Source: Octopus sinensis (taxonomy: Eukaryota). From it: DNA of 64,000 bases. The position numbers were made by a program, and so were the translations under genes. The stretch is from NCBI RefSeq assembly GCF_006345805.1, contig NC_043014.1:50592001-50656000 (forward strand). The letters run 5' to 3'. Numbering within the stretch: position 1 is the first letter of the stretch; each line of letters opens with the position of its first letter. This document shows positions 1 through 12,899 of the stretch, piece after piece. The notes below the pieces were generated by a model. The model had not been told where the DNA came from, did no database searches, and saw only the letters and a program-made list of their open reading frames with translations.

Positions 1-416
1 TCATGGCTGTCAGACAATTTCTGCGACCACATCTCCCCTAACACCTGGCCAAATAACTTTCCAAATTGCAACCCACTTAATTAATATACGTGGGGCTCAG
101 TTTAGCGAGAGACCAGGAAAACTCCTTGCAACCCCAAAGAAGAGCTGAAAGTAAAGATTATGGCAGCATTAACCAGCTTAAACAAGGTGATTATCTAGAG
201 GAATTGCAGAATATTCCGAAGTCATCCGGCGGCCATGGTTGAAGCCAATGGGGATTTTATTAAATAAATTTAACCTTCAGTATTTCAAGATAATTTTCTG
301 TAATTTTGGTAAATATATGTGTTAAAATGAGATGACAGTGTCATTTTCATTTTTTGTCTTTTAGGCAACAAGTTCTTCAGGAAAATTTCCGGCAGTTATA
401 AATTTGGCGTAAAACA
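1..416 (+). mobile_element. 3' part of a decayed DD37D (maT/rosa-like) Tc1/mariner transposon; runs off the window start
   Basis: Frame 1 reads SWLSDNFCDHISPNTWPNNFPNCNPLN*YTWGSV*RETRKTPCNPKEELKVKIMAALTSL...AMVEANGDFIK* (stop 265-267), matching the WPPxSPDxNPLDYxxWG...EAxGxFIE C-terminus. The right boundary near 416 is approximate. Confidence 0.8.
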
Positions 417-886
417 GCAGAGTTCTATTTCTATAACGACTCATTTTGAGAAAATGGCTGCAACTGTTGACAAACGTTACACTGCGTCAGTCGTGACTAG
501 ATTTTACACCACCTACTACTGACTGACTTTAAATTTCACTAGCATCAAATTCTCATTGAAGTTCGAAATTTTTGGTTATTCCATTCCCGGTAATCAAATT
601 ACGTTTAGGATTCACACAAGAATAACTCGACTGGATTCCAAATCGAAATAATGAGAAGCCTTGAGAAAAGTAAAAGTCAAAAGAACAGCTCGCATTGAAA
701 ACCCTGTGGAAATATTCAAAGCTGAAAAGTAAAGTCATACCTGACGACCTTTTGTAAGCGAATACCGCAATACGTCGAAAATCTCTTTACCGAAATTTTA
801 TTTCATATAAATAGAACGAGAAATATTGTTCAATACCTGTACCTCGTACTTTAATTGAGCTCGGATATGCACAAATAAGCAAATAT

Positions 887-959
887 ATTAGATACATATA
901 CATATTATATATATATATATATAATTATATTTTATATATACATATACATATATATATAT

Positions 960-1007
<48 letters not shown>

Positions 1008-1109
1008 AATTACTTACAAACATACATACTTACATGCATACATGCGTACGTATATATGTATATACAAACCTACATATATATGTGGATATATAGATCTGAA
1101 AGAGAGGGT

Positions 1110-1146
<37 letters not shown>

Positions 1147-1247
1147 TTACAGGTATACATATATCCGTATGTGTGCCACACCATGTGTTGTTAGCATCGA
1201 CATATGTCTACCCTATACGGTTATATGTACACATGTGCACACACATG

Positions 1248-1281
<34 letters not shown>

Positions 1282-1643
1282 TATATATATATACATACTT
1301 ACCTATATATATATATATATATATATATATAGATATATAGATATATATGTATACATACACACTCACACATATACATTGAATCACATATGTATCTATAGAT
1401 AAAAGTAATTATGAGAGACAATCTGTTCAAAGAACTCAAACCTGGTGGGCGGCTCCCTAATAACCAATAACTACAAATGCTTTCATCTAACGACAAACTT
1501 CGCTGATTAGAAAGATCAATATACATACATACATATACACCCACCCTCACCATATACATACATGCGTAGATGTATACTCTGACATGTTCATATATATATA
1601 TATGAACACACAAACACACTCACACATACATATATATATATAG

Positions 1644-1711
<68 letters not shown>

Positions 1712-2260
1712 ATATATATATAGATACAAATAGATAGATATCTAGATAGATTGATAAATGTATGCATGTGTATGGAGATGCAAATATCTACATACGTGCA
1801 TATATTGTACAACCTACTCATGACACTGAGTTTCGTAATCTCATTCTACACCCATATATATAGATATAGTATGTATATATATTATATAATTATATATAAT
1901 ATATCTATATATATATATATATATATATATATCTATATATATATTATATACGTATCATTGCAGATGCAATTTCAATATATATATATATACATACATACAT
2001 GCATATATATATTATTATATATATATATATATACATATATAGATCAATAAATGGTGGGGTTATATATATATATATATATATATAGATAGGTAAATAGATA
2101 GCTAGATAGACAAATATACAAAGTACATATATATATATATATAAGCGAACTTACATACATACATGCATACATATATACACATATACATGCATGGCTACGT
2201 TCATACATACCTACACACATGTAATCCTGCACATACATAATGGCGTATCTTTCCTTTTGA
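887..2260. repeat. Compound (TA)n/(GA)n/(TACA)n microsatellite field with short unique islands
   Basis: Direct inspection. Confidence 0.95.
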
Positions 2261-2339
2261 ATGCCAATTATTTTCAACTGAGATTGGCACACTTTCCACC
2301 CTCCCACACACACACTTTGAGTAATAAGGCTGTTGCATT

Positions 2340-2618
2340 ATTCTTATCATCGCTGCTTTTATCATAATCATCATCATCATCATCGCTGCTGCTGTTTCTG
2401 TCATTGGTGGTGGTGGTATAATATTATTATTATTATTAGTAGTAGTAGTAGTAGCAGAAGTATTAGTAGTAGTTGCAGTATTAGTACTAGTAGTTGTATT
2501 ATTATTATTATTATTATTATTAGTAGTAGTAGTTGTTGTAGTAGTAGTAGTAGTAGAAGCCATGGTAGTACACACGGTTTAGTAGTTTTATCAATGTAAT
2601 TACCTTTATTATTGTTAC

Positions 2619-2683
<65 letters not shown>

Positions 2684-2988
2684 TATCATTATTATTATTA
2701 TCAGCATCATCATCGTCGTCGTCATTGTTCTTCTTCTTCTTCTTCTTCTTATTATTATTATTACTATTATTATCATCATCATCACATCATCATCATCATC
2801 ATTATTATTATTATTACTATTATTATCATTATCATCATCATCATCATTATTAATATTATTATTATATATCGCTATTGATATTGTTTTCGTTATTATGATT
2901 CTTATTATCATTGTGATTGTTCTTCCCGTTATTATCATTGTCATTAATAAAATTATCATCGATAATAATAATGATAATAATAATAATG

Positions 2989-3032
<44 letters not shown>

Positions 3033-3141
3033 TATTAATAATAATAATAATAAAATAATAATAACAAATGATAATAATAACAATACTAATAATAATAATA
3101 ACAATAATAATAATAATAACAATAATAATAATAACAATAAT

Positions 3142-3192
<51 letters not shown>
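2340..3192. repeat. (ATT)n/(AGT)n/(CAT)n tract switching to an (AAT)n tract
   Basis: Direct inspection; source of the poly-I/L/N ORFs. Confidence 0.95.
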
Positions 3193-3193
<1 letters not shown>

Positions 3194-3411
3194 TTTATAT
3201 CTCTACAATCATTACTATTTTAGGGGTGTTTTTGTTTTTTCTCCTTCTTTTTTTCGGTTTCCGATTTGTGCTTCGTTTCTTTTGTATTCAACAACTAATT
3301 AGAATCTCTCTCATTATGGAATCAATGCCGGCGTCTCGATTGTGAAGAGAACTTCATTGACGGCGTAATCAGCTAATTTACTTACATGACGATTAATTCC
3401 GAATAAACATC

Positions 3412-4039
3412 ATGGCGAATTTTGTGTATGACGCCAACGACGATGATGATGACGGATACAACGACGATGACGACGAAGACGGTGATGATCTTGATGATGA
3501 TGATGATGGTGATGACGGTGACGACGACGACAGTGAAGAGCTAGAAGATGTGTGTGAATTCGAGGATGATGGAGGTGAGGATAATGATGATGGTGGTGGT
3601 GATGATGATCATGATGGTGATGCTGACGATGATAATGATGATGATTATGATGATGGTGATGATGATGATGATCATGATGGTGGTGGTGATGATGATCATG
3701 ATGGTGATGATGATGATGATGATGATGATGATTATGATGATCATGATGGAGATGATGATTATGATGACGATGATGGAGGTGATGATTGTATGATGGTGGT
3801 GGTAAATATCTTGAAAATGATGTTGGTGATGATGAAAACGATGATGATGAGGACGACGTCGATGATGATGATGATGATCTTGATGATGGATGATGATGAT
3901 GATTATGATGATGATGATTATGAATGATTAGGACGACGTCGATATGATGATGATGATCTTGATGATGATGATGATGATGATGATATGATGATGATGATGA
4001 ATGATGATGAGGACTAACGTGATGATGATGATGCTGATC

Positions 4040-4097
<58 letters not shown>

Positions 4098-4500
4098 TTC
4101 ATGGTGATAATGATGATGATGATTATGATGATTATGTTGATGATAACGATGATGATGCTGCTGCTGCTGGTGATGATGATGATGGCGTTGATGATGATGA
4201 ACATGGCGTTGTTGTTGCTGTTGTTGTTGGTTGTTATGATGAATATGAATATGTATATAACGATGATGTTGATGATGATGGTGATGTCGTTGGCGCTAAT
4301 ATTGATTAAGAAGGTGATGATGATTGCTTATCATGAGGCTGATGGTTTTCCACGCTGACGAAAACGACGCTGAAGATAAAGATGATGGCAATGTTAATGG
4401 TTGTGAAGCTGATGCCAATGATGCTACTGATGCTGCTGTTTATGATGATGATGATGATGATGACGATCAAGATGACGATGGTGGTGTTATGGTACTAAGA
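3412..4500 (+). repeat. Degenerate (GAT)n tract, readable as Asp-rich ORFs
   Basis: GAT units with single-base variants GGT/CAT/TAT/GAC/AAT; the reading frame breaks near 3790 and 3890. Confidence 0.85.
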
Positions 4501-4569
4501 ATGATGTTGAAAGTGATGATTAAAGCCATGGTCATGAAGGTATAAACACGTTGCATCCTCTTGGAGGAC

Positions 4570-4985
4570 AATACCTATTTCTTTACTAGCCACAAGGGGC
4601 TAAACACAGAGGGGACAAACAAGGACAGACACAGGTATTAAGTTGATTACATCGACCCCAGTGCGTAACTGGTACTTAATTTATCGACACCGAAAGGATG
4701 AAAGGCAAAGTCGACCTCGGCGGGATTCGAACTCAGAACGTAGCGGCAGACGAAATACCTATTTCTTTATTACCCACAAGGGTCTAAACACAGAGGGAAC
4801 AAACAAGGACAGACATAGGTATTAAGTTGATTACATCGACCCCAGTGCGTAACTGGTACTTAATTTATCGACCCCCAAATTATGAAAGGCAAAGTCGGCC
4901 TCGGCGGAATTTGAACTCACAACGTAACGGCAGACGAAATACGGCTACGCATTTCGCCCGGCGTGCTAACGTTTCTGCCAGCTCC
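4570..4985 (-). mobile_element. SINE family B (tRNA-derived, GTCGACTTTGCCTTTCATCC core), one copy plus a tandem duplicate of about 183 bp of its 3' part
   Basis: Reverse complement gives GAGCTGGCAGAAACGTTAGCACGCCGGGCGAAATG...GAGTTCAAATTCCGCCGAGG; the unit aatacctatttcttta...gacg occurs twice. Confidence 0.9.
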
Positions 4986-5428
4986 GCAGACGTCGAGAAA
5001 AACGAGGAGCATGCATTTGAGTGAGCTGCGGCTCAGTCGTGCCTTTTTTTTCCGGTGGTGAAGATGAAAACCTCTTTCATTGTGGCGACTCATGCTTTGT
5101 CTCAGTGTCAGACCCGTTCACCCAACTCTCGACACCAGTGATGTTCCTCGACGTAAAAGATGGGTGAGCAGTGGCACGCTGGCGCTGATTTTGACAGACG
5201 TCGATGCAATATTCTTTCTGCTGAGTTGTCAGCAACCAGAGGACAAACTTGGCAGAAACACTCGGCATGTTCAATTCAGATGTTAGGGTCGCTTGTGGGG
5301 ACACATACAACTGACCAACAGCATCATCAATGTTGTTGATTATCCTCCGACGATCCTGAAACAGAAGATGATGCGATCTGTTGGCGCGCTACCGAACTAG
5401 TCCGGGAGCCTTTTGATACCACCTCGTA
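4983..5428 (-). mobile_element. Internally deleted mariner (DD34D) element: 5' TIR plus mid-transposase fragment, cut off by SINE B
   Basis: TIR-like TACGAGGTGGTATCAAAAGGCTCCCGGACTAG at 5428. Translation LLFQDRRRIINNIDDAVG...LTSELNMPSVSAKFVLWLLT...ITGVESWVNGSDTETK...KARLSRSSLKCMLLVFLDVCG fits the SAKFVPRLL / ITGDETW motifs. Confidence 0.85.
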
Positions 5429-6114
5429 AATATGTCCTTGGAGAGGCTTCTATTACATTCAAACCTAAATCGTTTTGGCTTAAATTCAATAACAGCATTG
5501 CTTTTGAACGCTAAATAGTCAACATTTTTTTTCATCCTAAATTTCCTAACTTTGACATATTTTGTGGTTGTTTTACAACTTCTCTATAAAATATATGAAT
5601 TAATTCTCCACAAAATATTCTCTAAGAATCGTGTTATCATCATTTGCATACAAAAAAATTATTGCAACTATCATTCACAGAAAATAGTAGATTATATAAA
5701 TGCTTGAAAATCTAGTCAATTTATACACCGTAAAAACGTACCTGATAGAGAACGCGACTGCATAGCTGGCACGAAATTGTTATGGATTAGCAAATATGAT
5801 AAAAGTAATTTTATGATATCAGCAGCGAATCGTTATCAGTTTGTTTAAATGTTTTTCTCCGAAGTGAGATAAAACGTATCTAGTAATGAATTTTATGATA
5901 CTACCGAAATCACATTTGAAACGTAAACACAGCGAGAGATAAATTGAACAGATTGCATCATTTTTTTAAATGTTGATTTGATGTTGATAAGCAGCTTACA
6001 TAAAAACGGTATGAACATGGAAGAGAAGCGAAATACATTTGGGGTTAACAGTTGTTCCCATGAGTTGTTTTAGAAGAGATTATAAAAGGAACACATTTTA
6101 TAAGGATATTGTAA

Positions 6115-6252
6115 TATATCGGGACGGTCATTTTTTTTTTGCCAAATAAACACATGTACTGTATATCCATTCAATGATATACGAGTGAATGAATATACAG
6201 TGCGGGTGTTTATTTGGTAAAAATAAGACAGTAAATGACCGCCCCGAAATAT
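6115..6252. mobile_element. Short foldback (MITE-like) palindrome
   Basis: atatcgggacggtcattt / aaatgaccgccccgaaatat, ccaaataaacac / gtgtttatttgg and actgtatatccattca / tgaatgaatatacagt are reverse complements. Confidence 0.75.
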
Positions 6253-6484
6253 AACAATATCTATTTCAACTCACGCTGTCACATCAGGAATCTTGCAACA
6301 CAAATTCCTGTAAATTATTTAAGGACTTCAATACAAAAGAGCTTCTATAATTTTGACCCAGAAATACACAAATTAAAATATGAGGCAGCAATTGGAGGAA
6401 TGATATCGCATACAAAGGTATCTAGTAATTGGTAAATTGAGACAAAAATATGTACAAATGTCTGAGTAATATAATACAACCATT

Positions 6485-6712
6485 AGGTGGCGAGATGGCA
6501 GAGACTTTACTGCACCGAGGGAAAAAAACAAAAGCTTAGCGGTATTTCTTCCGAATTTACGTTCTGAGTTCGAATGCCACCACGGTCGATTTGCCTTCTA
6601 TCACTTTGGGGTTGATATAATAAGTATGGACACTGGGATCGATGTAACCAATTTATTCTCGCCCCTAAATTGCTGGCCATGTGTCCAACTTTAAAATCAG
6701 AGAACGACAACC
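6485..6712 (+). mobile_element. SINE family B, diverged copy
   Basis: ggtggcgagatggcagagac...tacgttctgagttcgaatgcc...gtcgatttgccttctatc. Confidence 0.75.
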
Positions 6713-6732
6713 ATTATTGCAATTATCTATCA

Positions 6733-6822
<90 letters not shown>

Positions 6823-6831
6823 TTCTCTATC

Positions 6832-6990
6832 TAAGGAGAGTTCACAAAAAAAAAGAGGGAGAGGTGGTATATAAAACAAACAGTTGTATTAGTATAACGC
6901 TCAGGAAATTGAAAAAAGTCTTTTACGTTTCGAGCCTGCGCTCTTCTACAGAAAGTGACATAGAAAAAACAAGGAGAGAAAAAAAAGATA
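6832..6990 (-). mobile_element. Penelope-like element terminal (pLTR) fragment inserted in (TATC)n
   Basis: Homologous to 28505-28670 and 43091-43250; carries a hammerhead-like fold. Confidence 0.7.
6920..6955 (-). ncRNA. Minimal type I hammerhead-like fold with variant core CUGUAGA
   Basis: Reverse complement: CTTT CTGTAGA A GAGC-GCAG-GCTC GAAAC GT A AAAG (stem I CTTT/AAAG, stem II GAGC/GCTC, ACGT palindrome at stem III). Confidence 0.65.
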
Positions 6991-7007
6991 TCTATCTATC
7001 TATCTAT

Positions 7008-7129
<122 letters not shown>

Positions 7130-7734
7130 ATATCTATCTATCTATCTATCTAGCCATTCATCTCTCTATATATCTATACACAACGCACATGCATATATAT
7201 GGATCAGAGGTAATGAAAAATGTATATATAAAAACGTATATATAAAAACATTAATATAAAATGGTATATATAAAGAACGGTGAAAGAAAGCGAGTAGGCT
7301 CAGGTAAGGTGATGACAATGTACAACGCACATAGGTATGCGCGTGTGCGTGTATTGTCTAACTGTGTGTCTCTATAAACAATATTTTCCTAACTAATGCA
7401 GGTAGGATTACTGACGTAGATGCCTATTGTTTCTATAAAGAGCTTATCTCTGGTAGATCCACATTAGTAAATATTAATTGAAAGCTAAAAGCCACACATC
7501 ACATAAGTATATTACAATGGCTGACTTACATTAGGAGAGGAACCGGAATGTAATGAAATACGTAATATTACTATGTACAAATTACTCAGAGACAATTTGA
7601 TTTAAACAATGTGTTTTGCAAAATATATTTTGCAGATGGAAAGATAATTGTGCATTGTGTGTAAGCGTATCATTTTCAGTATGGTATTTTTAATTGATAC
7701 ACACGAACAAATACACACCTATATATGCATATTT

Positions 7735-7891
7735 GCGTGAGCGTGGTAAGAAGCTTGCATTCCAGCCTCATGGTTCCGGGTTCAGTCCTACTGCATGGCA
7801 CATTGGGAAACTGGCTTCTACTATAGCCTCGAGCCGACCAAAGTTATAATGGTGGATTTGGTAGAGGGAAACTGAAAGAAGCTCGTCGTAT
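7735..7891 (+). mobile_element. SINE family A, 5' half, diverged
   Basis: gtggtaagaagcttgc...ggttccgggttcagtcc...ctactatagcctcgagccgacc...gaaactgaaagaagc. Confidence 0.8.
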
Positions 7892-7976
7892 ATGATGTGT
7901 GTTGTCTGCGAGCGTGTATGTATTATATATATATATTATATATATAATATATATAATATATATATATATATATATA

Positions 7977-8025
<49 letters not shown>

Positions 8026-8291
8026 AATATATGCGTTTTTCTCATTGTTGTTTTTTGCTTGTAATAGCCGATACTTTTGGCAAAACTATCGTATCTTCTC
8101 AGCTGGTTCAGATGACAACTTTGAAAATTTGTCGAAGTGCAGTACGATTGGATTGCTATCGAATGGTAAAACATTTATTTCATTTGCTGAAAAAGCAACG
8201 TTTTGGACAGAAGACACTTTTGCATAATACCAACGATATAATATATATATACATATATATATAGATATATATATGTGTGTATATATATATA

Positions 8292-8374
8292 CTAGCTGAG
8301 ATACCCGGCGTTGCCCGGTTACATTCAGTTGAAGAATTAGACTTTTCTGTCATATATATATATATGGATACACA

Positions 8375-8422
<48 letters not shown>

Positions 8423-8975
8423 TATATATATATATGTATATTAATATGAATACGTGAAAGTACATGAAGTTTGTTAAAAAAAGAGGATCATGTATATACC
8501 TCCTGGCTGTTGAGGTTATAACACCGCGATGTAAACAATGTTCCTTGTTATATACAAAAAGGTTTCTTTTGGTTCCTACTCTTGAGCAGCCAACATACAG
8601 TTGCCCATGCGAGAAGCAGGGCTCTTCCAAGAGAAGACCAGCTACAGAGAGGGTTTGACCCTGGGATTTCTTAATGGACATGGCAAAGCTGACACGGAGG
8701 GGGAATTGCAGTCTTCTGAATGTAAATGGAATTTCTACTCCTGATGGAGTAAGAGGAATTCTTGGAATAAAGATGTCATCAGCTTTTCCACATCCAGAAA
8801 GAATGATCGTCTCGGTAACGTGCGACATCATTTTCTTTATCCCCAGTCGTGTTCCATTGCAAAGTCTTGGTGGTTCCAAATTGCGGAGTAGCATCACAGG
8901 AGTTCCAACTTTAAGTGCTAATATGTGTGGAGGTAGTCCAGGAGGCTCCAGTGAATTGAGAAATTCCACCACCAC
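8292..8975 (-). mobile_element. 3' end of a Helitron: PIF1-like helicase C-terminus, subterminal hairpin and terminal CTAG
   Basis: [41 protein letters not shown]...[23 protein letters not shown]...[13 protein letters not shown], then a frameshift to [10 protein letters not shown] (stop 8516-8518). Ends CCGGGCAACGCCGGGTATCTCAGCTAG, with CTAG at 8292-8295. Confidence 0.95.
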
Positions 8976-9069
8976 CACCACTACCACCGTCATAATTGGT
9001 AGTCTATACAACGTGCAGAAGAACGTTTCGCATATACATACACACACACACACACACACACACAGATTA

Positions 9070-9330
9070 TTTGGGGATTAAGTAATTCACATCTGGAAAC
9101 ATGGTTGTTTCGTTCATCATCCTTAAACAATACTTATTCAAGGGCCTTTCGATCGGGATGAGCTGCTCGACCAGAAGAAAATTCTAACTAGGTCTCAACT
9201 GCAAGATGTTTGTCTTAATACGAGATCTCCATGTCGGGCACATATGGTTTTTAATGCAATGCGCCTGGCGCACCCTTATCAGTCATGGTGGGTATATTGA
9301 GCTTCGTATATTTGCACCCCGATATCACTT
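9070..9330 (+). mobile_element. Family E repeat (non-coding, (AAT)n-associated), diverged internal fragment
   Basis: Aligns by eye with 45771-46322 and the reverse complement of 40452-40902. Confidence 0.75.
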
Positions 9331-9609
9331 CGCCGAAAAACAAAAAAATAATATTTATAATTATGATTATAATAATTAACCAGGAGAAAATCGTTTAAAA
9401 TGTCACATGAAAAACACAGACAGCAACGATATATGTCTAAAAGTTTCTCACAACTATTTAAATGATATATGTTGATAGATCGATATCTTGATTTATGCTA
9501 CGCAAAAATTGTTACAAAAAAAAACACTGAGTAGGCATGAACGCATCGTAATACATAACGAATAATTAGTAGTGTATACAGCGTGCATAAGCACGTTTCG
9601 CATATACAT

Positions 9610-9649
<40 letters not shown>

Positions 9650-9744
9650 AAATATATATATATATATCAACAAATACATATACACAGGAAAATCAGCATT
9701 TATATCAAAGACTGATAAGACATTGCTATAAAAGCAATTACTAA

Positions 9745-9881
9745 GCATGGACTAATAATAATAATAATGATAATAATAATAATAGTAGTAGTAGTAGAAG
9801 TAATAATAATAATAATAATAATAATAGTATTAGTAGTAGTAGTAATAATAATAATAATAATAATAATAATGATAATAATAA

Positions 9882-9922
<41 letters not shown>

Positions 9923-10072
9923 ATAATAATAATAATAATGATGATAATAATAATAATGATGATGATGATGATAATAATAATAATGATGATGATGATGATA
10001 ATAATAATGGTCATGATGATGTTGATAAAGATGATGATTATATACGACGACAACAACAACAACAGCAACAAT
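9745..10072. repeat. (AAT)n/(AGT)n/(GAT)n tract
   Basis: Direct inspection. Confidence 0.95.
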
Positions 10073-10579
10073 AAATCGTCGGTAAGATATACCTAGAATT
10101 AGGCGAGAGAAATTCTATTTTTAATAGTTTACTCCATTTATTGGTTATTTCGGAGGAAAGACATTAAGACTTCCCCCCTACCCAATAAAAATTACGAAAA
10201 ATAAAATTACGAAAAATAAAATAGTTTTATTGAAATTTAGCTTTCAGCATTTTTTTCCTCAATTTTTAAATTGAGTATTTCTATTTTTTCAGTCATAATT
10301 GTTTCAACTTCGTTTTGTTTTCTGTTTTTGTTTATTATTATTATTATTATTATTATTTTTTGCTTTTTTGTTTGTTGCTTTTCTCTTTGATTTATCATTA
10401 TAACGATAGTTGTTTTTCCGTTTTTGTTCTTTTTAAAAAAATAATACAGTATAAAACAATATATTAATTTTTTTCTTGCACAGCTTTATAAATCTATATT
10501 TTGTTTAATGATTATATATATATTTTTTTTGTTTGTTTTATAAAGATGACTAAATGTGATTCTTTCTCTAGATAATGGT

Positions 10580-10610
10580 GCACAAATGTATATGTGTATC
10601 AGTGCGTGTA

Positions 10611-10641
<31 letters not shown>

Positions 10642-10711
10642 CATACATATATGTGTGTGTATGTGTGTGTGCTTATCTGTCTTTGTATATTTGTATATAT
10701 GTATATATATT

Positions 10712-10746
<35 letters not shown>

Positions 10747-10945
10747 ATACATAAACATACATAAATATATACCTGTGTATATATGTATGTGTGGTGTCTG
10801 TGTGCGCATATTTGTGTGTGTATATATATGTATATATCTACATGTATATTTACATTCATAAATGTTTTATAAATATTTATACATGTATGATTTTATTTAG
10901 AAATATATATATATATATATGTTGTATACTATATAATTATATACT

Positions 10946-10992
<47 letters not shown>

Positions 10993-11420
10993 CACACACA
11001 TTTTAATAGTACATAATTATCCTTTAGATATATGCTCTTTTACTTTTTCTTCTAAATGTACATATACGTTATAAATGTGTGTATTTATAGTACAGGTGTC
11101 TGAGACTGTGTCTATCTACGTATTATATAAATATATACACATACATATAATACACATATACATATATATCCAGATATATCTTTGCATCTATGCGTTTGTG
11201 TGTGTTTGCGTGCGTGTACGTGTATGCATAAAAACAAACATATTTCTATATAAGTATAAACGTATACATATATGTATTATTTTCACTGTCTCTGCCCTTT
11301 TCTATCTCTCTTTCTGTCTTTATATATCTATATCTATCTATCTATCTATCTATCTATCTACCTTCCACTCTCTTCCCCTCTCTCTCTGTATATATAAATA
11401 TATATATATATATACAAGGT
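10580..11420. repeat. (TA)n/(TG)n/(TATC)n low-complexity field
   Basis: Direct inspection. Confidence 0.9.
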
Positions 11421-11527
11421 GTTGGGCTTTTGTGAGCTGAGCACATTTATGAGTTTATGAGTTAAAGCTATTTTACTATATTTTATTACGCATATTCTGA
11501 TGTAGAATTTTGTTTTAATTGGTTAGA

Positions 11528-11570
<43 letters not shown>

Positions 11571-11979
11571 TTTCGTTATCTGTGTATCATATTTTGTACA
11601 TTTTGAAGGAAGCATTATCTCTGCGATGCATTATATATCTCTCTCCGTTTCTCTCCCTCTGTCATTCTTTGTTTTTAGTTCTGTCTGCCTCCCGGGCACC
11701 TCTGCCGCTTTATATTTATGTCTATACCTATGTATGCTTATATATATATGAGTGCGTTTCTCTGTGTGTGTGTGTGTGTGTGTAATAGATGAATATCGTT
11801 AATGCAATATACAAACAGAACACACGCCTACAGTACTCCGAGTCTACCGGCAGGCTACGAGTAACAGTTTTACTGCTTAGTTACCTGTGTGGATTGCGCA
11901 CAGGAAATCAGATATTCATATGTAGTCGAGAAACAACGAATTTTGCAAACGAGTGTAACAAGTTTATTTAATATATAGA

Positions 11980-12060
11980 AGCATTCCGTCCGTCACGACG
12001 TCGAGTGTTTTAGCTGATACGATCAACAGAATTGAGCTCAGCTGGCGTGTATGGAAATTA
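11980..12060 (+). mobile_element. Fragment related to repeat family D (see 60620-61070)
   Basis: cattccgtccgtcacgacgtcgagtgttttagctgatacgatcaac resembles tattccgtcggttttgacgatgcgtgtttcagtttatctaaccaac. Confidence 0.45.
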
Positions 12061-12498
12061 AGCCTTACGGCAGAGAGAACAATATCGACGTGCCATTGTG
12101 TTTTGTATTAAGATTCGTGTAACATCGTCTGTTTTCCTGTCCTTGTTTTCATATACATTCGTTGCTTTTTTTCCAAGGAATCTAATGCACTACGCTTAGT
12201 TATTCCTTACGGCTGGCCAGATTGAAGCAATCTCAAGATTAATCAAGATTAATTGCGTGGATGATCCGGTTCTTGGCTGAAGATAAAGGGCTTCGAATGA
12301 CCCGTCCGTGTTGTTTTTTTTTTTTTTTCGTCTATCTGGATGTTTTGTTGTCCCCTATTGTATCACTTAGTTTTCCGGATGTTTTGCGTCCTTGCCCCAT
12401 TTTGTATTGTATATTATATATATATATATATATATATATGCTTTAATCGTATGAAGAAGCATTGACAGTAAAGTTTGCGTGTACACTCATATTTAACA

Positions 12499-12899
12499 CT
12501 AGCAGTATCGCCCGGTGTTGCTCGGGTTTGTAAGGGAAATAACTATATAAGCATTTTTAGAGACTTATAGCCAAAAGATAGCAAATAAATGCATTAAAAA
12601 TGGAAAAAAAATTATGGTAAATTTTTTAAAAAATCGTTGACTCATCGTAGACATTTTTAGAGAGTTACTTCCCTTATATAATAGCGAAAAAATGCATTAA
12701 AATGGAATAAAATGATGGTAATTTTTTTTTTAAATCGTAGACTCATCGTAGACAGGCGCTAATACCCAGAAGGGCTCGACATGAATCACGACTATAAGAT
12801 ACCCGGTTTGGGTTAAACTGCACCGCAAAATGTGGGAGTAGTTAGGAATCTAAATCGTAGGAGACAGACAGCACACAACCTCACTTTTATATATATAGA
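12499..12899 (-). mobile_element. Non-autonomous Helitron, complete
   Basis: 5' TCTATATATATAAAAGTGAGG; 3' GAGCAACACCGGGCGATACTGCTAG (CTAG 12499-12502); inserted between A and T; homologous to 16481-16876. Confidence 0.85.

Noticed and set aside
741-790. CAG|GTATGA donor-like site on the minus strand with a short open frame
   Set aside because: No convincing acceptor or protein similarity; expected by chance.
1400-1510. Unique island with possible minus-strand AG...GT exon
   Set aside because: No recognisable peptide in any frame.
6345-6420. Possible plus-strand exon EIHKLKYEAAIGGMISHTK
   Set aside because: Weak splice context and no homology recognised.
8030-8240. Island between (TA)n tracts with a pyrimidine tract, an open frame and CAGATGA...GAAG TGCA GTA resembling a hammerhead
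   Set aside because: No stem I, and the core is doubly altered; neither the exon nor the ribozyme reading is supportable. Possibly an old PLE end.
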